A stretch of 64,000 nucleotides of DNA from a virus (lineage: Duplodnaviria; Caudoviricetes), in the IMG/VR virus record IMGVR_UViG_3300025502_001322, positions 32,001-96,000 of that record. One strand, 5' to 3'. Below the pieces are notes generated by a model. The model did not search any database. It saw only the letters and a list, made by a program, of their open reading frames with translations, and was not told the DNA's origin. The translations under genes and the position numbers were made by a program. Shown here piece by piece: positions 9,270 through 18,879 of the stretch. Position 1 is the stretch's first letter; each line of letters starts with the position of its first letter.

Positions 9270-10022
9270 GTGACGTACTTCATTGACAAGATAAGAGTTG
9301 AACATTCTTCTAACTCAGGAACAAGCATACTACATGGATACATTCCTAGTGTAGGACTCACTTATTATAGTGGACAAGGACACACAGTAGGACAATGTTA
9401 CAAGTGTCCTGACCAACCGGTAGTGTATATTAATACACCAAAGTGTGCGAGTAGTTTTATGAAGACTCATTTACTTAATCTAGGGTGGGAAAATAAATTT
9501 TTACAACTAGGAGACTGGGTTGCGGATAATCCCTCTGATATGATGCCAGTCAGCGACGTAGAAAAGTTCATTGTTGTTATGAGAGATCCTTATGATAGAT
9601 GGTTAAGTGGTATAGCAGAATACTTTGGTGAATATTTTAACGATCACGAAGGCATATTTGAATACTTGAATAATCCGTTAACTCTAAAGTTATTAGCACA
9701 AAGAGTATCGTTTGATGATCATACTGAAAGCCAATTATTCTTTTTACAGAATGTACCGTTAGAAAAATGTGTGTTCTTAAGACAGGAACAAGGGCTTAAC
9801 TTTAAAATTTCAGAGTACTTCAGAACTGTTCTAAATATACCTAACAATATATCAAGTGAAAAGCCAGTGCATGTCTCAACAGGCGGTTCCTGGAACGGCA
9901 GAGTAAAACAACATTTAAATAGACTTTTAAGAGAAAACAACGTAGAATACATGAATGTCTTAAAGACTATGGAACAAGATTACGAATTTATGGATAACAT
10001 AGTGCATTTTTATGGCGATTGA
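9270..10022 (+). CDS. sulfotransferase family protein
   Basis: 5'-PSB YINTPKCASSFMK, 3'-PB VMRDPYDRWLSG, DDHTESQ. Confidence 0.75.
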   Translation: MTYFIDKIRVEHSSNSGTSILHGYIPSVGLTYYSGQGHTVGQCYKCPDQPVVYINTPKCASSFMKTHLLNLGWENKFLQLGDWVADNPSDMMPVSDVEKFIVVMRDPYDRWLSGIAEYFGEYFNDHEGIFEYLNNPLTLKLLAQRVSFDDHTESQLFFLQNVPLEKCVFLRQEQGLNFKISEYFRTVLNIPNNISSEKPVHVSTGGSWNGRVKQHLNRLLRENNVEYMNVLKTMEQDYEFMDNIVHFYGD

Positions 10023-11484
10023 ACAAGACAACTTGTCTGCTAAACAAAAAGACTACGCAGTCTACTTGCCTGCGCTTAGTAGTTTTTATACGGCATTTGT
10101 AGGTAAACAACAAGAGACAGGCAACTATGTAGATCCTGCTAGAGTGCCCAGTAGTTTCCAAAATGGTGTGGAAAGTCTAAACTTCCTTAATGAAAAAGAA
10201 GGAATGTTTACCTACAATCAAGCATTATATAGTGCAGGACATGCAGTGTTAGATGTTGCTAAAGACCATCCTAAAGACTGGATGGTAACACGTCGTGACA
10301 GGAAAAAGAATCTCATCGTAGGTGATTCAGGTGGCTTTCAGATTGCAAAGGGCACCTGGGAAGGCAACTGGCCCGACACTACAGATAAAGCTACAAGTAA
10401 AAAACGTAAACAGGTGTTGACCTGGTTAGACTCAGTTTGTGATTATGGAATGACACTTGATATTCCTACTTGGACTGTGCATGACAAAAAAGCAAGTGCA
10501 AAGACAAATATTAAAACATACCAACAGGCTGTCGACATAACACAATTTAACAACGAGTACTTTATTAAGAACAGAACAGGTGCCTGTAAATTCTTAAATG
10601 TGCTTCAAGGCAGTAACCACACTGATGCTGACCATTGGTATAGTTTAATGAAGAAGTACTGTGACCCAAAACAGTATCCCAATGACCACTTTAACGGTTG
10701 GGGCATGGGAGGTCAGAATATGTGTGATCTGCATCTTATTCTAAAACGTCTTGTAACGCTACACTATGATGGTTTACTACTACCCGGCACACATGACTGG
10801 ATGCATATCTTAGGTACAAGTAGACTAGAATGGGCATGTGTCCTAACAGATACACAACGTGCGGTTAGAGAAAATTACAACCCACAATTTACTCTAAGTT
10901 TTGATTGTGCGAGTCCCTTCTTAGCAACAGCCAACGGACAAGTGTACACTGTAAACGAACATCCAGACCGGGGTAAATGGGTATACAGAATGCGTCCCTG
11001 TGTTGATGACAAGAAGTATCATAACGATACACGACCATTTGTGTCAGCAGTGTTACAGGATGGGTTATTTGATAACTTTACTGACAGCATAGTAACCCAA
11101 GGCATACAGTTGAAAGATGTCTGCATTTATGCCAACGGTGACCTCAATAAAATTGGCAAAGAAGGCAAGACCTCTTGGGATAGTTTTAGTTACGCCATAC
11201 TGATGGCACACAATGTCTGGATGCACATTAAGGCAGTACAAGACTCAAATGTTCTGTATGACCAGGGCAAGATGCCAAGAATGCTAGTAAATGACCTGGG
11301 TGCTGGCACTGCTATTAGGGACATAATTAACGAAGTGTTTGCACAGCCCACTAAAGAAAAGAGCCTTGCAATTATTGAAAAACATAGCACACTCTGGATG
11401 CAAGTAGTTGGAAACAGAGGATTCTCAGGCAAGAGAGCTCTAAACGCTAATACACAGTTTAGCAATTTGTTTGAAATGGCTTGA
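10012..11484 (+). CDS. divergent TGT-fold transglycosylase (DpdA-like)
   Basis: GDSGGFQI, TLDIP, NVLQG, GGQN, HILG, SFDCASP motifs of the TGT/DpdA family; folE and queE nearby. Confidence 0.8.
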   Translation: MAIEQDNLSAKQKDYAVYLPALSSFYTAFVGKQQETGNYVDPARVPSSFQNGVESLNFLNEKEGMFTYNQALYSAGHAVLDVAKDHPKDWMVTRRDRKKNLIVGDSGGFQIAKGTWEGNWPDTTDKATSKKRKQVLTWLDSVCDYGMTLDIPTWTVHDKKASAKTNIKTYQQAVDITQFNNEYFIKNRTGACKFLNVLQGSNHTDADHWYSLMKKYCDPKQYPNDHFNGWGMGGQNMCDLHLILKRLVTLHYDGLLLPGTHDWMHILGTSRLEWACVLTDTQRAVRENYNPQFTLSFDCASPFLATANGQVYTVNEHPDRGKWVYRMRPCVDDKKYHNDTRPFVSAVLQDGLFDNFTDSIVTQGIQLKDVCIYANGDLNKIGKEGKTSWDSFSYAILMAHNVWMHIKAVQDSNVLYDQGKMPRMLVNDLGAGTAIRDIINEVFAQPTKEKSLAIIEKHSTLWMQVVGNRGFSGKRALNANTQFSNLFEMA

Positions 11485-11509
11485 CAGCCTAGTCGAGTAG
11501 CCTTATAAT
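11481..11509 (+). promoter_or_regulatory. consensus sigma70 promoter (GAGT class)
   Basis: TTGACA-17-TATAAT; GAGT 5 nt before the -10. Confidence 0.8.
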
Positions 11510-11542
11510 AACACAATACTAATCATACGTAAGGTGTAGGTT

Positions 11543-13966
11543 ATGAAGCTACTAGTAATAACTGTTTGTGCAACCCTACTGTCAGCATGTGGCGGAGGTG
11601 GTGGGGGCGGTGGGGGCAATCTTCGCCAAGGAAGTCCTGTTTCTTCTCCCACACAATCATCAGCTGATGTAGACTTTGCAACACCGATTCGAGCTGGCAC
11701 CTACGAGCTGTTTACATCTGGTAGTACCAGTACTCCTGTACAAGACATATTTGTACAGGACTTAAATGCTGACTCTAAAGAAGAAGTTATTATTGCAGGT
11801 AGACAGAGTGCAAGCGCATTTAGTGCTTGTACCGGTGATCTAGACTGTAAAAAAGCCGCATACCAAAACAGTCAAATTAGTATATATGGCTTTAATGCCA
11901 GTAACATACTGGTTAACCAAACAGGTGATTGGTTTACGGGTAATGATCATCAAATAATAGGATCAGAGCCTAGCCTAAGGTTTGGTGACTTTAATGGCGA
12001 CAACAGTATAGACATGGCAGTGGGACATTCTACTGACATGGAACACTTTGGTCCTTTAATCGTATATAAAAACACAGGCGCAAGTAGTTTTAACAGAGAA
12101 GACCATGATATTGGTGACAAGTGGATGCACGATATCGGGGTAGGCGATGTTAACCAAGATGGGTTTGACGATGTTATTGTTGGTGGTTACAGTAACATGG
12201 TTGTTATGTTGGGCGGAGCGGCAAACTTTACACAACTAGACACAACACATAGTGGCAACAGTGGTTTGGCTATAGGAGACTTCTTGGGTGATGGGTCAGT
12301 AACATTTGTGTTTGTTGATTCGACCGGTGATGGCGATGTAGATGACGACACCACGTTAATGAGTTTTAGTCAAACAGGTGTTAATACAGGAGAGTTTACT
12401 AGAATATCAAGACTACCCAGCTCACGTTTTGAACTCCCTTTATATGACGAATTGTTTGATCCCACACAAAACGAACGAGGTCACGACATTAGAGCAGTAC
12501 CGTTTGACTTCAACAACGACGGCTTACTGGATGCTGTGGTTGTCAGCGTTAGCACGGGTCCATTGGATAATAAGAACAGAACAGAAATACAGTTCTTACA
12601 AAATGCAGGAGCAGGCAACTTCATTGACGTAACAGATGACTTACGTGTTGGTTGGGATTTATTTACAAACGGTGACTACAATCCACAGTTGGTTGATGTT
12701 AACGATGACGGCTTAATGGATATTTTATTAAGTGCGCAAAACTTTGGCAATTCTGAATCTACGAGGGTATTACTGCAAACAACTGAAGGCAAGTATGTAC
12801 AAAGTTTTACAGACGTATTTGCTGACTTTGCAACAACAGTACAGGGGTTAGAGACCGAAAAAAATCAGGTACTTAATACTGTTAGATTCGTTACCGGTCC
12901 TGGTGGTGCCAAGTTTCTTGTTACAGCAGTTACACTTAACGATGGCAGTAATGCACTTTACACAACTAAACTAGGCAATGCAGGTGGCACCACAGCACAA
13001 GCCAGCATTGCCCTAATACAACAGGTATGGCCTTACATAACAGACGAACTAGCCGCACAGATCCTAGCTGGTACAGCATTTACAGACTTTGAAGGCTTTG
13101 ATCCTGCTGTGCATGGCTTTGGAATTATTGACATAGAACGTGCATTGTTGCCAGTAGGTGAATTACGCCTGCCGCTAGAAGGCAGGGATGGTACCGTTGC
13201 AATTACAGGCTTACTAAGTGGTGTTAACTTTGGTAATTTAGATAGAGTACAGGCAGTAGACAGTTTAGGTAGAGGATTTGAGATTGGCATTAACAGTATG
13301 CATAATCCTCAGCAACAAGATATCTGGTATGACATTAGTTTTACTAATGACAGTTACACCAGAATGGACTACAACTTTAACACCGTGTATGATAATGGTG
13401 TTGTCAATTACAGTCCAACAGATGAGTCTGGAAACTACACTGTGGGACTTAAGAACATTAAACTACTGAAAGACTGGTACTTACAGGGACAATACACTGT
13501 ATTAAATGCACAAAATCCCTGGTTTAACATGTCTGGTATGTGGGGTACTATAAACAGTTCTACTACATTTGAAACTGTGGCAACACATCTACACAACGAC
13601 TTTACCTTTAACCTTGGTACTATGTATACTAACACAGACTTTGAACCAGGATTGGTTACTGATGTAAGTTCGCTAACTAGTGTGTGGTCAGAAGTAAGTT
13701 GGCGACGTGCAGGTTTCAGAGCCGCAGTGGGCACAATGCCTTATTTGGTAGACGGTGGTATAACATTAAGATTGCCCACAAGTATTGACTTTACTGGCTC
13801 AATACAATATACTGAATTTGACTACAAAATAAGAAACACATTTGCAGAGTATGTTAGTTTAGGTTATAAGAAGCAACTTAACTTTAACACCAGTGTTAGC
13901 GTAGATGGTTACACTAACGGATATGGATTTAGTAAAACACAATTGAAATACAACTATACATTTTAA
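11543..13966 (+). CDS. large lipoprotein with FG-GAP/VCBS repeats and a probable C-terminal beta-barrel
   Basis: Lipobox LSAC plus poly-Gly; repeats GDFNGD, GDVNQDGFDD, DFNNDGLLD, DVNDDGLMD; alternating beta-strand C-terminus ending in F. Confidence 0.8.
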   Translation: MKLLVITVCATLLSACGGGGGGGGGNLRQGSPVSSPTQSSADVDFATPIRAGTYELFTSGSTSTPVQDIFVQDLNADSKEEVIIAGRQSASAFSACTGDLDCKKAAYQNSQISIYGFNASNILVNQTGDWFTGNDHQIIGSEPSLRFGDFNGDNSIDMAVGHSTDMEHFGPLIVYKNTGASSFNREDHDIGDKWMHDIGVGDVNQDGFDDVIVGGYSNMVVMLGGAANFTQLDTTHSGNSGLAIGDFLGDGSVTFVFVDSTGDGDVDDDTTLMSFSQTGVNTGEFTRISRLPSSRFELPLYDELFDPTQNERGHDIRAVPFDFNNDGLLDAVVVSVSTGPLDNKNRTEIQFLQNAGAGNFIDVTDDLRVGWDLFTNGDYNPQLVDVNDDGLMDILLSAQNFGNSESTRVLLQTTEGKYVQSFTDVFADFATTVQGLETEKNQVLNTVRFVTGPGGAKFLVTAVTLNDGSNALYTTKLGNAGGTTAQASIALIQQVWPYITDELAAQILAGTAFTDFEGFDPAVHGFGIIDIERALLPVGELRLPLEGRDGTVAITGLLSGVNFGNLDRVQAVDSLGRGFEIGINSMHNPQQQDIWYDISFTNDSYTRMDYNFNTVYDNGVVNYSPTDESGNYTVGLKNIKLLKDWYLQGQYTVLNAQNPWFNMSGMWGTINSSTTFETVATHLHNDFTFNLGTMYTNTDFEPGLVTDVSSLTSVWSEVSWRRAGFRAAVGTMPYLVDGGITLRLPTSIDFTGSIQYTEFDYKIRNTFAEYVSLGYKKQLNFNTSVSVDGYTNGYGFSKTQLKYNYTF

Positions 13967-13974
13967 ATAATATT

Positions 13975-14271
13975 ATGAAAACAATTATCTTAGCAACACT
14001 ACTTACAATATCAACTCCTACATGGGCTAACCAAGCATGTATGGGGTACTCTAGAATGGCAGAAGACATCGCAACAATGCTAGTAGAGGGCATTAACCCC
14101 GACAACATTAACTTTGTCGACCCAGGTAACCCAGTGGACAAAGGTGCACAAAACTCAGGCAATGGGTTGGTTAGGCGCATACAACAAATGTTGGCTAATC
14201 AGAGTACACCAAGAGAGATCAGGGACATTATATTACAAGATTGTTTAAACCCAAACGATGTCAAATCTTAG
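13975..14271 (+). CDS. secreted hypothetical protein
   Basis: Signal peptide MKTIILATLLTISTPTWA; two Cys. Confidence 0.65.
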   Translation: MKTIILATLLTISTPTWANQACMGYSRMAEDIATMLVEGINPDNINFVDPGNPVDKGAQNSGNGLVRRIQQMLANQSTPREIRDIILQDCLNPNDVKS

Positions 14272-14280
14272 GAGAATAAA

Positions 14281-14454
14281 ATGTTATCTAATAGACTTGA
14301 AGCACTCTATGAAAAACACCAAGAGCTAGAACAAGAACTTTGCTTTCTAGTTAACGGACATCCGCATGTTCAGGAACAGAGAGTAAAAACAATTAAGAAA
14401 CAGAAGTTGCTGATTAAGGACGAACTACAACATCTTAAAACTGTGGATAAATGA
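14281..14454 (+). CDS. DUF465/YdcH-like small coiled-coil protein, 57 aa
   Basis: Manual translation MLSNRLEALYEKHQELEQEL...IKKQKLLIKDEL; SD AGGAG. Confidence 0.7.
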   Translation: MLSNRLEALYEKHQELEQELCFLVNGHPHVQEQRVKTIKKQKLLIKDELQHLKTVDK

Positions 14455-15332
14455 AAAGCATTGTAGTCGGGTTAGGTATAGGCAATCTATATAAGTCTGT
14501 CTTAGAACACATTGGTAATGAAGTAGTAACTGTTGACACTGACAGTGCCAAGAATCCTACTTATACCGACTTATCAAAATCTCTGACATCTCAAGAGCTA
14601 AGTTTAAATGGCAAGTTTGTTACGGGACACGTATGCACACCAAACTTTACACATTATAGTGTAGCAGATACAATAGCACCCTACTGTGATATTGTATTTG
14701 TAGAGAAGCCAGGTGTTAGAACTGCTGACGAATGGCAACAGTTAGTAGATAGGCATCCTGACACAAAGTTTATACTTGTTAAAAATAACATGTGGCGTAG
14801 TAATATCAAAGAACTACGTGAACATGCGCAACAAGCAGAATCTGTTGAGCTTAATTGGATAAACAAAGATAGAGTACCTAGTCCGGGTACTTGGTTTACC
14901 ACGATGGACCTCGCATTTGGTGGTGTTAGTAGAGACCTTATGCCACATCTACTAAGTTTATATATGGCATTTGATGACGATTGGCGTCAAGCAGAACCAA
15001 CACAAGCACTAGCACACAGACGTTATGAGTTGTCAGAATTATCCAACACTGATTACGGAGAAGTAAATAATAATGGCGTTTACAATGTAGACGACTTATG
15101 TAAATTTTCTATTAACAAATATAAACTAACCGCCGATTGGCGTGACACACAATCTGATAAACGTAATATAATTTTCTCTAACCCGGACTACACGTTTAAA
15201 CTAGGATTATGCCCAGAACTAGCATACGAGAATATGATACGAGACTGTATCTATAATCGTAACACAGAAGGTTTCTGGCAAGATCAACTGGAAAAAGACT
15301 TGTGGATACACAAACAAATTCAAAACTTATAA
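14451..15332 (+). CDS. Gfo/Idh/MocA-family NAD(P) oxidoreductase
   Basis: VVGLGIG, CTPNFTHY, FVEKPG, DLMPH. Confidence 0.8.
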   Translation: MKSIVVGLGIGNLYKSVLEHIGNEVVTVDTDSAKNPTYTDLSKSLTSQELSLNGKFVTGHVCTPNFTHYSVADTIAPYCDIVFVEKPGVRTADEWQQLVDRHPDTKFILVKNNMWRSNIKELREHAQQAESVELNWINKDRVPSPGTWFTTMDLAFGGVSRDLMPHLLSLYMAFDDDWRQAEPTQALAHRRYELSELSNTDYGEVNNNGVYNVDDLCKFSINKYKLTADWRDTQSDKRNIIFSNPDYTFKLGLCPELAYENMIRDCIYNRNTEGFWQDQLEKDLWIHKQIQNL

Positions 15333-16225
15333 TGGATGTCAAACTATTAGTTACAGACGGTAACGGTACATTTGCCGAAACGGTCTGGTCCAAGCCTGAA
15401 ATCACCGATACTGAGATAGAAGTTAAAGCCATTATGACTGGCGTGTGTCGTAGTGATATAGACATGATGACTGGTCAGTTTGGTCCGTTGCCGATACACA
15501 TGAGCGGGCACGAAGGCTTAGGGCAAGTTACTAAGATTGGTAAGCACGTTACAGACGTTAATGTTGGTGACATTGTCGCTACTCGTGGTGAACCTGCTTA
15601 TGCAGATTACTATAACGTAAAGCGCAACGAGTATGTGATTGTGCCAGAAGCAAGTCCGGACTACATATTAGAGCCCGTTGCATGCGGTATAAATGTTGTC
15701 GAACAGAACTTACAACAGATACAGTTACGCCAAGATGAGGGTTCAAGACTGCTTATCAAGGGCAGTGGCTTCCTAGCATATTGTGCATATACCACGTTAC
15801 AACAACGTAATGTAGACTTTGATATAGATGTTGTGGGCTCAAGTAACCAACATCTATGGGGCGACAAGTTACAGACTGCTCCTACTGGAGAGTACGATAT
15901 TATCATCGACCTTAAGGGTGACACTAAAACATTTACAGACCCCATATATAAAGAGAATGCGCTAATTATCGTAGGCTCCAACATGCAGGTTAATATGAAC
16001 TTAAACAACTTGTTATGGAAAGCAGTAACAGTAACATTCCCAAGTCCACGTAACCCCAACTTTATCAAATGTATGAAATTAGCAGAGGTATGGATATCAA
16101 AAGGTGTGTTAGAAGTTGACTCATTTTGGACAACCAGTTATAATAGACATACAGACTGGCAAAAAGCATTCGAAGATGGGGTCAACAGACCAGTAGGATA
16201 CAGCAGAGGATACATAGAATGGTAA
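15332..16225 (+). CDS. zinc-binding (MDR) dehydrogenase
   Basis: GVCRSD, GHEGLG, LEPVACG, IKGSGFL; start moved to the TAATG-coupled ATG. Confidence 0.85.
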   Translation: MDVKLLVTDGNGTFAETVWSKPEITDTEIEVKAIMTGVCRSDIDMMTGQFGPLPIHMSGHEGLGQVTKIGKHVTDVNVGDIVATRGEPAYADYYNVKRNEYVIVPEASPDYILEPVACGINVVEQNLQQIQLRQDEGSRLLIKGSGFLAYCAYTTLQQRNVDFDIDVVGSSNQHLWGDKLQTAPTGEYDIIIDLKGDTKTFTDPIYKENALIIVGSNMQVNMNLNNLLWKAVTVTFPSPRNPNFIKCMKLAEVWISKGVLEVDSFWTTSYNRHTDWQKAFEDGVNRPVGYSRGYIEW

Positions 16226-16587
16226 AAGTTTTTTTACTTAGTGTTTTAGTTGTTTGTTGCAGTATCGCTAATGCACAAGAACTGCCAAATGCAGATCAGG
16301 AAACATTGGAAGATCCGGAAACATTGCATAAGCCTGTAGAGTGCTATTCTGCAGAGAGTATTGTTAAATTAACAGAAGAGAAGGGATTAATACTATTTTG
16401 GCAAGGTCCAAACTTAAAAGATAATTACCCAGATAACACAATAGTAGTAATGTTAGACCCCAACGCTAACGGCTGGGTGGTATTTGAAATGACTTTACAA
16501 GTCGCATGTATACTTGGCTACGGTCAAAGTTTTTGGTTGTTTGATCAACTGTATATGTTCTTAGACCCTTTACAGGAAACTGACTAA
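16219..16587 (+). CDS. secreted hypothetical protein
   Basis: Signal peptide; paired Cys. Confidence 0.6.
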   Translation: MVKVFLLSVLVVCCSIANAQELPNADQETLEDPETLHKPVECYSAESIVKLTEEKGLILFWQGPNLKDNYPDNTIVVMLDPNANGWVVFEMTLQVACILGYGQSFWLFDQLYMFLDPLQETD

Positions 16588-17021
16588 TGGAAGAACAACG
16601 AGCAATGGCAGTGGCAGAGAAACTACTCAAGCAAGCAAATAATGCAAGCAAGATGATATGGGTAACTTTTCGTAAGGAAGGTATTCATTGCTATCCTGGT
16701 GCAGACACAGATCCTAAACTAGCAACAGGTGACTGGGACGATGTTAGTTTTTTAGGTGTACCACACAGACACATATTTCACTTTAAAGTCTGGATAGAAA
16801 TATTCCATGACGATAGAGACATAGAATTTATACAGTTTAAGCGTTGGCTACAACGTTTATATGAAAATAGCGTATTAGAGTTAGACCACAAGTCATGTGA
16901 AATGATATCTAATGATCTATTCTTGCAAATTGCAACTCGTTATCCAAGACGTAACATCTGGATTGACGTTAGTGAAGATGGCGAAAACGGAAGTTTCATA
17001 AAGTACCACAAGGAGAATTAA
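16587..17021 (+). CDS. QueD-related T-fold protein with LxxxHRHxF motif (DpdL-like, putative CDG decarboxylase)
   Basis: FLGVPHRHIFHF, DDRDIEF, SCEM, VSEDGENG; lacks the canonical QueD CxxxHGH. Confidence 0.7.
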   Translation: MEEQRAMAVAEKLLKQANNASKMIWVTFRKEGIHCYPGADTDPKLATGDWDDVSFLGVPHRHIFHFKVWIEIFHDDRDIEFIQFKRWLQRLYENSVLELDHKSCEMISNDLFLQIATRYPRRNIWIDVSEDGENGSFIKYHKEN

Positions 17022-17022
17022 G

Positions 17023-17235
17023 ATGGCTAAGCCAAAAACAGGCATGACGCCCAAAGTAACACGTATTTTTGAAGATTTAGAGGCATACGCAGATTACTGC
17101 AGGATGCACTATTGCAAGTTTGACGAAGCAGATATGTATCGCAGAGGTACTAATTGGGAACGTATGCAAAACAAACTACAACGTGGGAATAGAAACGACA
17201 ACGGCAACTACAACTATAAGCAGAGGCGTCGTTGA
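17023..17235 (+). CDS. hypothetical protein
   Basis: 70 aa, SD GGAG. Confidence 0.6.
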   Translation: MAKPKTGMTPKVTRIFEDLEAYADYCRMHYCKFDEADMYRRGTNWERMQNKLQRGNRNDNGNYNYKQRRR

Positions 17236-18320
17236 TATATCTAGTAGACCTAGAAGGTTTGGATACACGTTATACTAAACAATGGAAACACCATGTGCCA
17301 GATCTCCTACGGAGAGAACTGACGGAGGAAGTCACAGTAATTAGTGGTGGTGATACTCCACAGGCAACAACACCAGGTGCGTTCTTAAACTTTGGTGGTA
17401 CCAATGTGTACAAGTCTAAACAACTAGAACAGATAGGTGAATTATTTTGTGCTGGTAAAGTTAAAGACGGTGACTACTTCCTTTATACCGATGCTTGGAA
17501 CCCTACTGTTATACAGTTAAAGTATATGGCAGAGTTGTTGGGTGTCAACATAAAAATAGGTGGTATGTGGCATGCTGGTAGTTATGATCCAGAAGACTTT
17601 TTAGGAAGACTTATTGGTGACAAGCCTTGGGTCAGACATGCTGAAAAAAGTATGTACGAAGTGTTTGATCATAACTTCTTTGCTAGTGTGTTTCATATCA
17701 AAATGTTTCACAACACACTCAATTATCCTGAGCGTATTATATGGGCTGATGGAATGTTTAGTGATGGCAAGATAACTCGCACTGGTTGGCCCATGGAGTA
17801 TATGGTAGAAACTCTTGCGCCATACAGTAATTTAGAAAAACGAGACATAATACTTTTCCCACATCGTATTGCTCCAGAAAAACAACCAGAGATATTTAAA
17901 GACCTGCAAAAGTCCCTGCCACAATACAAGTTTGTGATGTGTCAAGAACAGCAACTTAGCAAAGACGAGTACCATACTTTATTAGGGTCGGCTAAAATTG
18001 TGTTTAGTGCTAACTTGCAAGAAACACTTGGTATAAGTTGGTATGAAGGCGCATTAGTTAATGCTGTTCCCATGGTGCCTGGCAGGCTAAGTTACAGTGA
18101 AATGGCTGTAGACAAATTTAAGTATCCAAGCGAATGGACTACTAACTGGGACAGTTACCAGAAACACAAGACTGATCTATGTGATGCCATTACTATAGTT
18201 ATGGAAAACCACAGTGACTATTTGCCAGCACTGGAACAACAATTAACGAAACTTAAAGACGAGTACTTTGGATGCAGTAAATTAATTTCAACTATTAGAG
18301 ACAGGAGCAAGCATGCGTAA
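17232..18320 (+). CDS. GT-B (GT1/GT4-like) glycosyltransferase
   Basis: C-terminal FPHRIAPEKQP...LQETLGISWYEG...PGRLSYSEM donor-binding pattern. Confidence 0.75.
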   Translation: MIYLVDLEGLDTRYTKQWKHHVPDLLRRELTEEVTVISGGDTPQATTPGAFLNFGGTNVYKSKQLEQIGELFCAGKVKDGDYFLYTDAWNPTVIQLKYMAELLGVNIKIGGMWHAGSYDPEDFLGRLIGDKPWVRHAEKSMYEVFDHNFFASVFHIKMFHNTLNYPERIIWADGMFSDGKITRTGWPMEYMVETLAPYSNLEKRDIILFPHRIAPEKQPEIFKDLQKSLPQYKFVMCQEQQLSKDEYHTLLGSAKIVFSANLQETLGISWYEGALVNAVPMVPGRLSYSEMAVDKFKYPSEWTTNWDSYQKHKTDLCDAITIVMENHSDYLPALEQQLTKLKDEYFGCSKLISTIRDRSKHA

Positions 18321-18879
18321 GAAATATTATTCATGGCGGGACGTTGAAACCATATGTACAGAGCTAGTTATAGACATGTATAAATCTAACTACAAGCCGG
18401 ACATCGTAGTTGGTCTCACACGTGGTGGTAATATCCCTGCTACTATTATTAGCAATATGTTAGATGTTCAATGCGAGTCACTAAAAATTAAACTACGAGA
18501 CAACAAGCCTGGTGAGGAGAACGAAACTAATTGTCAACTTGCACGACAAGCATTTGGGTATGTGTCGGAAACTGAACAAGTAGTATTGAAAACACGATGG
18601 GATATCTCACAACGAAAAAACATTCTTATTGTGGACGACATTAATGATTCTGGTGCTACATTTAATTACCTTAAACATCAGTGGCAACAATGTTGTTACC
18701 CTGAGGAATCCAGTTGGGGGACTGTCTGGGAACACAATGTTAGGTTTGCAGTACTAACGGAAAACTTGTCTAGTAATTTCCAACACGTCAGCTATCACGG
18801 CGACGAAGTAAATAAAATGGAAGAAGATATTTGGTTAGTTTACCCTTGGGAAAACGTAGGTCGATATGGAAACGTATGA
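18313..18879 (+). CDS. type I purine phosphoribosyltransferase (XGPRT-like)
   Basis: VGLTRGG, PRPP loop ILIVDDINDSGAT, WLVYPWE. Confidence 0.85.
   Translation: MRKKYYSWRDVETICTELVIDMYKSNYKPDIVVGLTRGGNIPATIISNMLDVQCESLKIKLRDNKPGEENETNCQLARQAFGYVSETEQVVLKTRWDISQRKNILIVDDINDSGATFNYLKHQWQQCCYPEESSWGTVWEHNVRFAVLTENLSSNFQHVSYHGDEVNKMEEDIWLVYPWENVGRYGNV

Noticed and set aside
16587-17021. Calling this gene canonical queD
   Set aside because: It lacks CxxxHGH and has HRH instead.
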